Assembly: GCA_031430875.1 (NCBI GenBank)
Contig: JANPCI010000431.1
Location: 1 to 59,443 of the forward strand
DNA length: 59,443 bases
Direction of reading: 5' to 3'
From: Actinomycetes bacterium
GTDB taxonomy: Bacteria > Actinomycetota > Acidimicrobiia > Acidimicrobiales > Ilumatobacteraceae
Part shown: in pieces, positions 1 through 9,178 of the stretch
Layout of the letters: every line of letters starts with the position of its first letter
Position numbering within the stretch: position 1 is the first letter of the stretch
The notes under the pieces: generated by a model
Databases searched by the model: none
Seen by the model: only the letters and a program-made list of their open reading frames with translations
What the model was told of the DNA's origin: nothing
Program-made: the position numbers and the translations under genes

Positions 1-12
1 GAGCAGCGGATC

Positions 13-729
13 ATGGCCGCCGTCCTCGCCGTGGGTCGACCCGTCCTTGCGTCACATCGTTCCGCGGCACACCTGTGGGGAATCGAGCGTCCACGCGGCG
101 AACCGGTCGATGTCATCGTCGTCGGCCGTCGACGGCTCCCCACCCTCACCGGCGTGGTGATCCATCGTCCGAACGACGTCGAGCGGCTCACCCCTCAGCG
201 GCGAAGCAACATCGCGTGCACCAACATCCTGCGGACGCTGCTCGATCTCGGTGCAGTCGATGGAGCCGCCGTGCCCGACGCCGTCGGCCACGCCCTCGCG
301 CACCATCACGTGAACCTGCCGACGCTCGAGTCCGTCGTCGTCCAGCACTCCGAACACGGGCGGGCGGGGATCGTGGCGCTGCGCAACGCCGTCGACGGTT
401 GGGCGATCGATCGCAAGCCCACTGATTCTCTGCTGGAGGGGACCATGCAGCGGCTCATCGACCGCTACCGACTCCCTGCCGTGGAGTTCCACCCGACGAT
501 CTGCGGCTACGAGGTCGACTTCCGCGTGATCGGCACGCCCGTCATCCTCGAATGCGATGGGTGGGCCCACCACGGACTGAAGCGGACGGCCTTCGAGCGA
601 GATCGAGAGCGAGACGCCGACCTCATCGCGGCGGGATGGATCGTCGTGCGCTTCACCTACCGGGCGGTCACCGTGCGTCCCAAGGCGACCGCCGACCGGA
701 TCGCCGCTGCTGTCGCCCGCTGGTCCTGA
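13..729 (+). CDS. DUF559 (Vsr-like endonuclease fold) domain protein; the frame is open to base 1, so the true start may lie upstream of the window
   Basis: ORF track 13..729. The C-terminal block YEVDF..LECDGWAHH..ERDRERDADLIAAGWIVVRF resembles the DUF559 signature. Confidence 0.6.
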   Translation: MAAVLAVGRPVLASHRSAAHLWGIERPRGEPVDVIVVGRRRLPTLTGVVIHRPNDVERLTPQRRSNIACTNILRTLLDLGAVDGAAVPDAVGHALAHHHVNLPTLESVVVQHSEHGRAGIVALRNAVDGWAIDRKPTDSLLEGTMQRLIDRYRLPAVEFHPTICGYEVDFRVIGTPVILECDGWAHHGLKRTAFERDRERDADLIAAGWIVVRFTYRAVTVRPKATADRIAAAVARWS

Positions 730-738
730 GCGATCCCC

Positions 739-795
739 CATCGATCAGTGCGCGACTCGTTCCGGAAAGCGGCACTCCTCGCGCACTGATCGATG
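739..795. terminator. Perfect 17-bp inverted repeat CATCGATCAGTGCGCGA / TCGCGCACTGATCGATG with a 23-nt spacer; candidate terminator, or a hairpin/operator that occludes the start site
   Basis: Counted between the TGA at 727-729 and the ATG at 793-795. The right arm contains the ATG of the next ORF. Confidence 0.45.
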
Positions 796-1713
796 GTGCA
801 CAATGGGTGGGTGCACGGGATCTTTGCGGACATCGGGCTGATCGCGTATGGATGTTGGCGCTTCGCGGGCACCGACGTGGCGACGGCGCGGGAGAAGATC
901 GAGACGGCGATCGAGTGCGGGATGAACCTCATCGACACCGCCGACATCTACGGCTTCGACGGCAGTGCGCCCGCGCTCGATCCGGCGAGCGGGTTCGGTG
1001 CCGCCGAGGAACTGCTCGGCCGGGTGCTGGCCGAGACGCCCGGGCTACGCGACCGCATGGTGCTCGCCACCAAGGGCGGGATCGTTCCGCCCGCTCCGTA
1101 CGACTCGAGTGCGACGTACCTGCGTGCGGCGTGCGAGGCGTCGCTGCGGCGGCTCCGCTGCGAAACCCTCGACCTCTACCAGATTCACAGGCCCGATCTC
1201 CTGGCCCATCCCGAGGACGTGGCGGGCGTGCTCGACGAACTCGTGACGTCGGGGAAGGTGGGGGCAGTCGGGGTGTCGAACCACACCGTCGGCCAGACCC
1301 GAGCGTTACAGACGTGGCTCCGGGCACCGCTCGCCTCCAGCCAGCCCGAGTTCTCGCCGCTCGCACTCGACCCGATCACCGACGGCACGCTCGACCTCTG
1401 CATGGAGACCGGCATGGTGCCGCTCGCCTGGAGTCCGCTCGGCGGTGGTCGGCTCGGTGGCGAGCTCGACCCGACCGACCCGCGTGCGGTCGAGGTGGCG
1501 CAGGTGTGCGACCGCATCGCCGCCGAGCAGGGCGTGACTCGTTCGGCTGTAGTGCTCGCCTGGGCGATGCGCCATCCCGCCGGGGTCGTGCCGATCATCG
1601 GCACGCAGCAGGTCGAACGCATCCACGAGTGCGCCCGCGCCGTCGAGGTCGAGCTGACCCGTGACGAGTGGTACGAGATCCTCGTCGCGGCACGCGGCGA
1701 GGCGATGCCGTGA
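793..1713 (+). CDS. Aldo/keto reductase family oxidoreductase
   Basis: 306-aa ORF. AKR-like N-terminus (GLIAYGCWRFAG), DTADIYG motif, LDLYQIHRPD motif. Confidence 0.85.
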   Translation: MVHNGWVHGIFADIGLIAYGCWRFAGTDVATAREKIETAIECGMNLIDTADIYGFDGSAPALDPASGFGAAEELLGRVLAETPGLRDRMVLATKGGIVPPAPYDSSATYLRAACEASLRRLRCETLDLYQIHRPDLLAHPEDVAGVLDELVTSGKVGAVGVSNHTVGQTRALQTWLRAPLASSQPEFSPLALDPITDGTLDLCMETGMVPLAWSPLGGGRLGGELDPTDPRAVEVAQVCDRIAAEQGVTRSAVVLAWAMRHPAGVVPIIGTQQVERIHECARAVEVELTRDEWYEILVAARGEAMP

Positions 1714-2787
1714 CTGCTGCGGGCCGGTCCGGAGATCGCCTGGTTCTCGGCGCTGTGTGACGACGACTACGAGTACCTCGGGGTCGCCGACCCCACGCTG
1801 CAGTCGTCGTAGGCGCACTGCCTTGACATCGTCACGACGGCCGAGGCCGACGGGTTCGACAACGTGCTGTTGCCGTCGGGGTACGCGCTCGGCATCGACG
1901 GCGTGCCGTTTGCCGGGGGGATCGCCGCCATCACCGAATGGATCAAGCTGCTGCTGGCCGTGCGGTGTGGGGAGATGTGGCCACCGCAACTTGCCCGCCA
2001 GTTGGCCGGCCTCGACGAGATGCTCGACGGGCGCCTCACGATCAACATCATCAGCTCGGACCTACCCGGCACGCAGCTCGCGAGCGACCCCCGCTACACG
2101 CGCACGCTCGAGGTGATGACGATCCTGCGCACGCTGCTCGCCGGAGCGACGATCGACCATCACGGCGAGTTCTACGACCTCTCGCTCGACGCCCCCCGCG
2201 TCGCCGTCGATCGGGCTGCGGCGCGCGCGACGGACGGGCTGTCGGTGACTCCGCCGTTCTACTTCGGTGGTCTGTCCGAGCCCGCCCGAGACATCGCGGC
2301 GCAGGCGGCCGACGTCTACCTGATGTGGCCCGACACGATGCCGGAGATCGCCGCGATCATCGCCGACATGCGCGCCCGCGCCGGACGCCACAGCCGCACA
2401 CTGCGGTTCGGGTACCGCACGCACATCGTCGTGAGGGAGACCGAGCGCGAAGCGCGAGCCGCGGCCACCCGTCTGCTGTCGCAACTCGACGCGGCCGAAG
2501 GCGAGGCGATCCGCAACCGTTCGCTCGACACGACCTCGGCCGGCGTGTCACGGCAGGCCGAGTTGCGCGACAGCTCCGACGACGACGGGTTCATCGAAGA
2601 GCACCTGTGGACCGGAATCGCCCGGGCCCGATCGGGATGCGGCGCGGCGATCGTCGGCGATCCCGATCAGGTCGTCGCCAAACTGCGCGCGTACATGGAC
2701 CTCGGGATCGACGCGTTCATCCTCTCCGGCTACCCGCATCTCGAAGCGTGCGACCTCGTCGCGAAGTACGTGCTGCCAGCGCTCTGA
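1714..2787 (+). pseudogene. LLM-class (luciferase-like) flavin-dependent oxidoreductase, apparently disrupted by an in-frame TAG at 1810-1812 and lacking a canonical start upstream of it
   Basis: Frame 1 reads WFSALCDDDYEYLGVADPTLQSS-TAG-AHCLDIVTTAEADGFDNVLLPSGY and runs into ORF 1864..2787. Third codon positions are almost all G/C on both sides of the TAG. Confidence 0.55.
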
Positions 2788-3359
2788 TCGACCGATCCTC
2801 CGTCCGTAGCCGCCGCCGAGATGGACAACCGAGCGCTGTCCACCAACAACGTGATGCACGAAGTCCGGTCGACCGGATGTCAGATTCCGACGACTTGCGG
2901 CAGCCTCCTCGGCGCCGCGGCGCAGGGAACACTCGGCATCGGGAATGGGCATTCCTCGCGCACTGACGGGGTTTGCATCGGGTTCATCGGCACCACCACC
3001 GGTGTGGGCGGTCCGCCGATGCGATCGCTGCACTCATCGCGACAGCTTCATTCGGCACGAGGCAGTAGCGGATTGCCGTTGCTCGTCCCGGCGCACTCGG
3101 GGCCTCGTGGTGGCCCTGTGTTCGCGGTCCCGATTGCGCCCGCCCACTCGTGCTCGCGCCGTGCACCGCGTCCTCGATCGCCGGCACTCGTCGAAGAATT
3201 TCCGTGCAAATCGCTGCGATTCTCGACACGAGGTGTTCGATCAAACACACAGCGTGACATCACCTGGAACTTCTTCATGGTGTTTCGTTAGAAGTGGTGC
3301 CAAACTACTACGTACCGTACGTGGGCACTCTCCTGCGACTGAGCAAGGTGGCGACAACA

Positions 3360-5225
3360 GTGAAATTGATGACATGGAAAACAATGCGTCTCGGCCTCGC
3401 TGTGGGCCTCGTCGTAACCGGCCTGGTCGGCGTGACGTCCCTGAGTGCCTCTGGAACGGGGGCCGCGCCGGTTTCCTACGGAACGCTCAGGATCACGTTG
3501 ACCGATCGGGCCGGGTCGCTGACGCTCGTTCGAGGTACCGAGACGTGGACCCAATCGCTCACGGTCAACACGCCATGCAGCACGCTAGTTGCTGGTCCCA
3601 TCACCAAAGTCGGAACGACACCGCCCGTGAGTACGACCACCAACCTTCTGGACTTCGGTGCAGCGGTGTCCGGTGGGTCCGCGCCGAACGTCCAACTGCC
3701 GTCCAATGGAATCGGTGTCACGGACGGCGCCAACTGCGGTGGTCCGTCAGGGATTGTCGGGCCCGGTGAAACGTTGACGCTAACGCTCGGCCGCTTCTTG
3801 CCGGATAACGTCACGATCCGAGAGGGCACGCTCCAGATCGGCAAGTCCGGGAATAACGACGGCGACCTGCGGGTCGCCTACGACAACCCGACGTACGAAC
3901 CCAGCCTCGGCGGCTTGCAGAGCTTCACGGTTCCACCAGGGGCCGTGACGGGCTTCAACGTGACGGACGCTGACAACAGTTTCAAGCGCATCTCCATCAG
4001 GTCCACTGCGACGCAGTCCTCTCGAGGCCTCTCGCTCCGGACCGACACCGTGTTCAATCTGGTGGCACCTGCGACCTTGACGGTTCCTGGTGCTCCCACC
4101 GCCGTCTCGGCTAACCCGGGCGACGGACAGGCCATCGTTTCGTGGACCGCCCCCGTGAACACTGGTGGATCGGCAATCACCGGGTACGTGGTCGAGCAAT
4201 CCGCCGCGGGTGCCGCGTTCGCCCCCGCGACGATCGCCTCCGACACTGGAGCCACACCAAGCCGAACCGTGACCAACCTCGCCAATGGCACGTCGTACAG
4301 GTTCCGAGTCGCAGCCGTCAACGGCGTCGGCACCGGCCCAGTGTCCGACCCATCAACAGGGGTCATCCCGGTAGCGCGCCCTGGTGCTCCCACCGCCGTC
4401 TCGGCTAACCCGGGCGACGGACAGGCCATCGTTTCGTGGACCGCCCCCGCATCAGATGGAGGATCGACGATCACCAGGTACGAGGTGCAGTACTCGCTGA
4501 ACACTGCTACCCCGAACTGGACTCTGTTCGGGACGACAGCAGCGTCATCGCCCCTCACCGTGACCAACCTCACTAACAACATCGAGTACATCTTCCAAGT
4601 CAGAGCAGTCAACGGTGTCGGCGAAGGCGCATGGTCGCCCTCGTCCGGACCCGTGATCGCTGGGAGCGCACTCGTCGACTGTGGCGGGAATGTGTTCAAG
4701 GACGGAGGAATTGGCGACATCGCCAAGAAGGTCACCTTCTCCCGAGGCGAGAACGACCCCATCAAGCAACCGGCGGATGTCGCGTGCGCAAAGGTCAACG
4801 CCACAGTCGACATCGTGAAAGTCGACGTCGCACCAGTGGGGATTGACGCAACTCAGTTCGTCTTCTGGGACAACACAGTCGTGGACGCCAGCGGCAAGGT
4901 GCAGAAGGTCAACGCCACGGTGTTGGTCGAGTGGGCGCTGACACCGGCCGACAAGGCCGGGGTACCGTCGCGAATCGACTACGACGGCTACGGACCCGGT
5001 GGGTTCACCGAAGTGCTCTGGTGCAAGTCCTTCACCAGCACCACGGCGGCTGACGGCAAGGTCACGTACACGGCCGAACTTCCCGTCATTGGGCCCGTCG
5101 AAGGTGCCAACGCAGACGGCACCGCCCCGTGGTGCCTCGTGAGCCGCAACGACGCCCTCCAAGGCGGCAAGGCCGTGCGGACGGAACTCCTCTTCGGAAG
5201 CGGTGACCCTGGGTTCTCGAGGTAA
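3360..5225 (+). CDS. Secreted protein with two tandem fibronectin type III domains flanked by unassigned N- and C-terminal domains
   Basis: ORF 3294..5225. AAGGTGG lies 8 nt upstream of the GTG at 3360 (an ATG at 3369 is also possible). Signal-peptide-like MRLGLAVGLVVTGLVGVTSLSASG. Two FN3 units (PGAPTAVSANPGDGQAIVSWTAP...YRFRVAAVNGVG). Confidence 0.75.
   Translation: MKLMTWKTMRLGLAVGLVVTGLVGVTSLSASGTGAAPVSYGTLRITLTDRAGSLTLVRGTETWTQSLTVNTPCSTLVAGPITKVGTTPPVSTTTNLLDFGAAVSGGSAPNVQLPSNGIGVTDGANCGGPSGIVGPGETLTLTLGRFLPDNVTIREGTLQIGKSGNNDGDLRVAYDNPTYEPSLGGLQSFTVPPGAVTGFNVTDADNSFKRISIRSTATQSSRGLSLRTDTVFNLVAPATLTVPGAPTAVSANPGDGQAIVSWTAPVNTGGSAITGYVVEQSAAGAAFAPATIASDTGATPSRTVTNLANGTSYRFRVAAVNGVGTGPVSDPSTGVIPVARPGAPTAVSANPGDGQAIVSWTAPASDGGSTITRYEVQYSLNTATPNWTLFGTTAASSPLTVTNLTNNIEYIFQVRAVNGVGEGAWSPSSGPVIAGSALVDCGGNVFKDGGIGDIAKKVTFSRGENDPIKQPADVACAKVNATVDIVKVDVAPVGIDATQFVFWDNTVVDASGKVQKVNATVLVEWALTPADKAGVPSRIDYDGYGPGGFTEVLWCKSFTSTTAADGKVTYTAELPVIGPVEGANADGTAPWCLVSRNDALQGGKAVRTELLFGSGDPGFSR
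4086..4155 (+). repeat. 70-bp perfect direct repeat, copy 1 (start of FN3 unit 1)
   Basis: Same 70 nt as 4380..4449. Positions derived from codons P265 and P363 of the ORF. Confidence 0.85.
4380..4449 (+). repeat. 70-bp perfect direct repeat, copy 2 (start of FN3 unit 2)
   Basis: Same 70 nt as 4086..4155, offset 294 bp (98 codons). Confidence 0.85.
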
Positions 5226-5237
5226 CAGCGGCCTGCG

Positions 5238-8200
5238 TTACCAGAGCGTCGGATTTACGACACCGAGCCTGCCGAGGAGTTCAAGCGCCTCCTCGGCAGG
5301 CTTCGGATCCTGAACCTCCGCGTCCGGCCCGAGTCCAACCCGGTCGGCGAGCAGCAGGAGCCGTGCGAGTTCGAACATCAGCCCCCGGCTCCGAGCCGCT
5401 GCGATACCGGTCGAGATCTTCTCGGCCACCTCTTCGACACGCCCCAACGCGAGCAGCGCTCGAGCAAGCACGTTCGAAGTGGCCGCCTCGAACAGCGCTA
5501 TCTCCTCCTGCTGCGCCGCGGTTCGCTCACTCAGCAAGTCAAGGGCTTCCTGCGGCCGTCCGGAGCGAACGAGGCATTCCGCCAGGTACACGGACGTCTC
5601 GTATGCCGCAGCTGGTCTTCCTACGGACTGCCAATATGACGTTGCGCCGCACAGAAGCTCCTCTGCTTCCTCGAACTCGCCCCGTGCGGTCAGCAGGCGC
5701 CCCAGGTACGTCTCCGCCAACGCAGCATCATCATCACCGGAGGCCCGCAGAACCCGGACGGCGCTGCGCAACACCGGCTCCGCCTCATCTAGGCGTCCCT
5801 GGTTCACCAGCACTTCTCCGATGTTGGCCTCGTTGAGCCCTGCGGACAGCGTCTGGCCGATCTGCTGATTGCGGTCGAGAGCCTCTCGGTAGTAAGCCAG
5901 CGTGTCGTCCCACCGATTGTCGAAATAGGCCAGGTATCCGAGGTCGTTCGCGACCTTGGCCTGGCCTTTCAGGTCGCCCACTTCGACGTACAGCTCCAAC
6001 GCCCGGTGGGCGAACATAATCGCGACGTCATCGTGGCCGAGTTGTGATTCTGCTTGGTACAGGACCTTGTACGCATCGGCGAGCGCCTTGCGCTCACCGC
6101 ACACCTCCGCGAGTTCTATTGCCTGTTGCGCTGTTCGACGAGCCTGGCGCGATTGCGCCCGTCGCGCCCGGACCACGGCTGCGGCCGTGAGCAATCGCGA
6201 TTCAAGGGCCTGCGCCTCGGGTGGCTCCGCATACGCAAGAAGCGTGCGGCCGCGGCTCGTCTCCCTGAGAGCAAGGGAATAGGCGCCGACACTCACCCGG
6301 GCCTCCGCGCGACGTAGCTGGATCTCGGCGCGCACGATCACGTCGTCCCTCAAGACCCGGGCCGCGCGCGCGTAGACGTCGAGGGCCTCAGTGACCAGCC
6401 CGGCTTGTTGAAGATTGTCGCCCAGCGCAACGAGGAGAGCTCCGAGCTCCTCGTCGGCAACGTCAGTGCGCCGAGCCGCTTCAACGGCTCTCTCGTAGTG
6501 GACGACGGCCTCTGCCGCAGCGTACGTCCGGACCGCCCGCTCGGCGGCGGCCCGAGCGTACCGATACGCGCGTTCGTGGTCACCGGCATTCGAGAAGTGC
6601 AGAGACAGCATCGCAGCTTCCGCGTCATCACCTGAACTGAGTGCCTCGAATGCATCGCCCGCAGCAAGGTGGAGTCGGGCACGCGCGCGATAAGCAAGGC
6701 TGTCGTACACGACATCGCAGACCAGTCCGTTCTTGAAGCGGTACCTGAGTGGCCCGTCGGCCTCGATGAATCGGCCGAGGTGGACGAGGGTGGCCTCGTC
6801 GAGTTCGAGCCCCTCGTGGCGCAGAAGCTCCTCGACGACGACGCGCCGAAAACTGCGTCCGAGCACAGATGCGTATGACAACATGCGCTTCGACAGCGGA
6901 TCCAGTGCGTCGACTTGCGCAGCCAGGGTGCCCTGCAGAGATTCAGGAACCGCATCGAACGAGCCCAGCTCCTGGGCTGCAGCGATCAACTCGCCGACGA
7001 ACAGCGGGCTGCCGTTGGCACGTGTCACCACGAGCTGGATCTCATGCGGCCGCAACGGCGCCGCCTCTGTTGCGGTGATGGCGAGTTCCCGCACAACATC
7101 GTCGGGAAGCGGTTCGACATCGATCCGGTCGCCGAGTGTGGGCACGAAGCCCCCATCGTCATCCCGACGCAATGCGATGAGCAGCCACGGATGTGACGCG
7201 GCGACTCCCGCGATCCGGCCCAGCAGATGAGCGGACGCACCATCAGCCCACTGCATGTCCTCGGCGATGAAGACGAGCGGCTCGTCGTGAATGGCGGTGA
7301 TCAGCTCCACGACGACGTCGCTGGTCCGGTCGGCACGGAACTCAGCGCTGATGGAATCCGATTCCGTCGTCGACGGAACGGCAAGTTGCAGAGCATCACC
7401 GATCAGAGGGAGGAACGGTTCCAAGTGCGGCGCTCTAGCAAACACGTTCGTCCGCAATTGGTCGACCAGCGATCCGGGATCCGTACCAGTGAGTCCGAAT
7501 AGAGCTCTCAGCGGATCGCGAACCACACGGTAGCTGTTACTGGCGCCATACGGTTCGGCGTGCATGTCGACCAGACGTGGGTGATCAGATCCCAGGGCCT
7601 CGCGGACGAGTCGAGACTTACCGAGACCCGCCGCACCAACCAACGTCACGACCCCGCCGTGCCCGTCGGCCACCGCTTCGATCCGATTCCGTACGACAGC
7701 CAACTCGGCCTCGCGGCCGTGGAACTGGAGGCCGTGGCCATCGGTGGATTCCTTCGGGCCCAGTTCGTCGCCGACCCGGTACACCACCTGAGGCAATGCC
7801 TTGCCCTTGAACGTAAACGGGCCTTCCGGCTCGGCGTCGTAGCGGACACGCGCCGACTCGAGCACAGCCGGATGGGCGTGGATCACCCCGGGAGGCGCAG
7901 TGACCATGATCCGGGCAGCCGTGTTGACCGTGTCTCCCATGATCGAGAACACCGCCTGGTCGGAGGCCCCGAGTTCACCCGCGAACACATGACCACGATG
8001 GATACCCACGTGGAGCGGGAGCGGCGTGTTCGAGTCGATGATCGATCGGGCGGCTCGGAGCATCCGACCCTCGTCGTCCTCGCTCGTGAGTGGAACACCC
8101 GAGCTGCAGAACAACTTGCCACCGTTCGCGTCCACGTCGACGTAGAGCAATGCGATGTCCTCGGCCTCGAAGGCCGCCTGTGCAATGTTCAACGTCGCGT

Positions 8201-9056
8201 GGAGGTCGTCGGCCAGGCCGTCGGGGCCATCGGCCTCCAGACGCTGATCGGTCCCTTTGAACTTGAAGAACGCCATCGTCGCGATGCGGTGGACGGGGTC
8301 CGGGGCACCTTGTTCGAGCAGCGATGCGATGATCGGTGGGGTCACTCGCCGCGCCGCCTCGGCATCGGTTGCCCGCGACGGCGGAGGTGGAACCCTGTCG
8401 ACAGCGCCCTTGCGCCACGTGACCATCAGTTCACCGTCGTCACGGGGCTTGGTGCTCCCCCGTCCGAGCAGCGCAGCCATCGCCTCGCTGACGACGATCT
8501 GGCCGGCCTCCGCGGCCGACTCGGAGTTCATCGCAATCGTGGTGTCGGGGCCGCCGACGACGAGTTGCCGGTAGCGGTCGCCGACGAGGAACAGGTGGAA
8601 CGCACCGGAGTGTGCGCCGATCGAGATCTTGAGCTTCAGCTTTCCGACGGACGTCGGGATCTCACTCGCCCGGCGGAGGTCCTGTCGCATCTCCACCGCA
8701 GCGGACGCAGCCTGGCGGGCATGATCGGGACCGGTGAAGAGCACCAGCAGGGCGTCGCCGCCGAACTTCAGCAGCTGCCCACCGCGGTTCGCCGTGATGT
8801 CCAGCATCCCGGCGAAAACCCGGCTCAGTGTCTCGACGAGTTCCTCCGTGCCGATACGACCACGGGTGGCGAGCTTCTCGGACAGCGCGGTGAAACCGGA
8901 GATGTCGGCGAACACCATCGTGCCCTCGACGACCCGCCAGCGACGCTCGGGCTCGTCGGTCACCCAGTCGAGCACGATGCGGGGAACGAGCCGATCCAAG
9001 CGACTCTGCCGCATTGTGTTGTCGCTCGGTGCCATCGTGCCCTTCTGGCCTGCCAC
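5238..9056 (-). CDS. Multidomain signalling protein: two class III adenylate/guanylate cyclase homology domains, a P-loop AAA/STAND ATPase and C-terminal TPR repeats
   Basis: 1272-aa ORF. CHD1 has FADISGFT and GGDALLVLF. CHD2 has MGDTVNTAARI. Walker A is GAAGLGKS. A long TPR-like helical C-terminus follows. The start may instead be the ATG at 9035. Confidence 0.85.
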   Translation of the reverse strand: MAGQKGTMAPSDNTMRQSRLDRLVPRIVLDWVTDEPERRWRVVEGTMVFADISGFTALSEKLATRGRIGTEELVETLSRVFAGMLDITANRGGQLLKFGGDALLVLFTGPDHARQAASAAVEMRQDLRRASEIPTSVGKLKLKISIGAHSGAFHLFLVGDRYRQLVVGGPDTTIAMNSESAAEAGQIVVSEAMAALLGRGSTKPRDDGELMVTWRKGAVDRVPPPPSRATDAEAARRVTPPIIASLLEQGAPDPVHRIATMAFFKFKGTDQRLEADGPDGLADDLHATLNIAQAAFEAEDIALLYVDVDANGGKLFCSSGVPLTSEDDEGRMLRAARSIIDSNTPLPLHVGIHRGHVFAGELGASDQAVFSIMGDTVNTAARIMVTAPPGVIHAHPAVLESARVRYDAEPEGPFTFKGKALPQVVYRVGDELGPKESTDGHGLQFHGREAELAVVRNRIEAVADGHGGVVTLVGAAGLGKSRLVREALGSDHPRLVDMHAEPYGASNSYRVVRDPLRALFGLTGTDPGSLVDQLRTNVFARAPHLEPFLPLIGDALQLAVPSTTESDSISAEFRADRTSDVVVELITAIHDEPLVFIAEDMQWADGASAHLLGRIAGVAASHPWLLIALRRDDDGGFVPTLGDRIDVEPLPDDVVRELAITATEAAPLRPHEIQLVVTRANGSPLFVGELIAAAQELGSFDAVPESLQGTLAAQVDALDPLSKRMLSYASVLGRSFRRVVVEELLRHEGLELDEATLVHLGRFIEADGPLRYRFKNGLVCDVVYDSLAYRARARLHLAAGDAFEALSSGDDAEAAMLSLHFSNAGDHERAYRYARAAAERAVRTYAAAEAVVHYERAVEAARRTDVADEELGALLVALGDNLQQAGLVTEALDVYARAARVLRDDVIVRAEIQLRRAEARVSVGAYSLALRETSRGRTLLAYAEPPEAQALESRLLTAAAVVRARRAQSRQARRTAQQAIELAEVCGERKALADAYKVLYQAESQLGHDDVAIMFAHRALELYVEVGDLKGQAKVANDLGYLAYFDNRWDDTLAYYREALDRNQQIGQTLSAGLNEANIGEVLVNQGRLDEAEPVLRSAVRVLRASGDDDAALAETYLGRLLTARGEFEEAEELLCGATSYWQSVGRPAAAYETSVYLAECLVRSGRPQEALDLLSERTAAQQEEIALFEAATSNVLARALLALGRVEEVAEKISTGIAAARSRGLMFELARLLLLADRVGLGPDAEVQDPKPAEEALELLGRLGVVNPTLW

Positions 9057-9178
9057 TCACCGGCTCGAAGATGTCCGCTCTCGATCGTGGCCTACGATGA
9101 TGGTAGTGCGCTGTCGATGCCACTTGTACGTCGATTGCCCGGGTAGCGGCGCACAGTCGCTCCGGGGGTGGGCGGTGA

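Noticed and set aside
1711-1713. TGA read-through fusing the aldo/keto reductase to the downstream LLM gene (same frame)
   Set aside because: No recoding signal is visible, and the LLM part is in any case interrupted by TAG 97 nt further on. Sharing a frame has a one-in-three chance.
5238-9056. Cyclase as part of a nucleotide-signalling anti-phage system (Pycsar/CBASS-like)
   Set aside because: No adjacent effector gene (TIR, TM or nuclease) is present. The cyclase is fused to AAA/TPR regulatory modules typical of actinobacterial signalling proteins. The neighbours are a secreted FN3 protein and housekeeping genes.
7560-9146. 528-aa plus-strand ORF
   Set aside because: It is antisense to the cyclase/STAND gene and has an Arg/Gly/His/Asp-rich composition with no motifs. 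Long open antisense frames are expected in GC-rich DNA, and the minus-strand ORF has clear domains.
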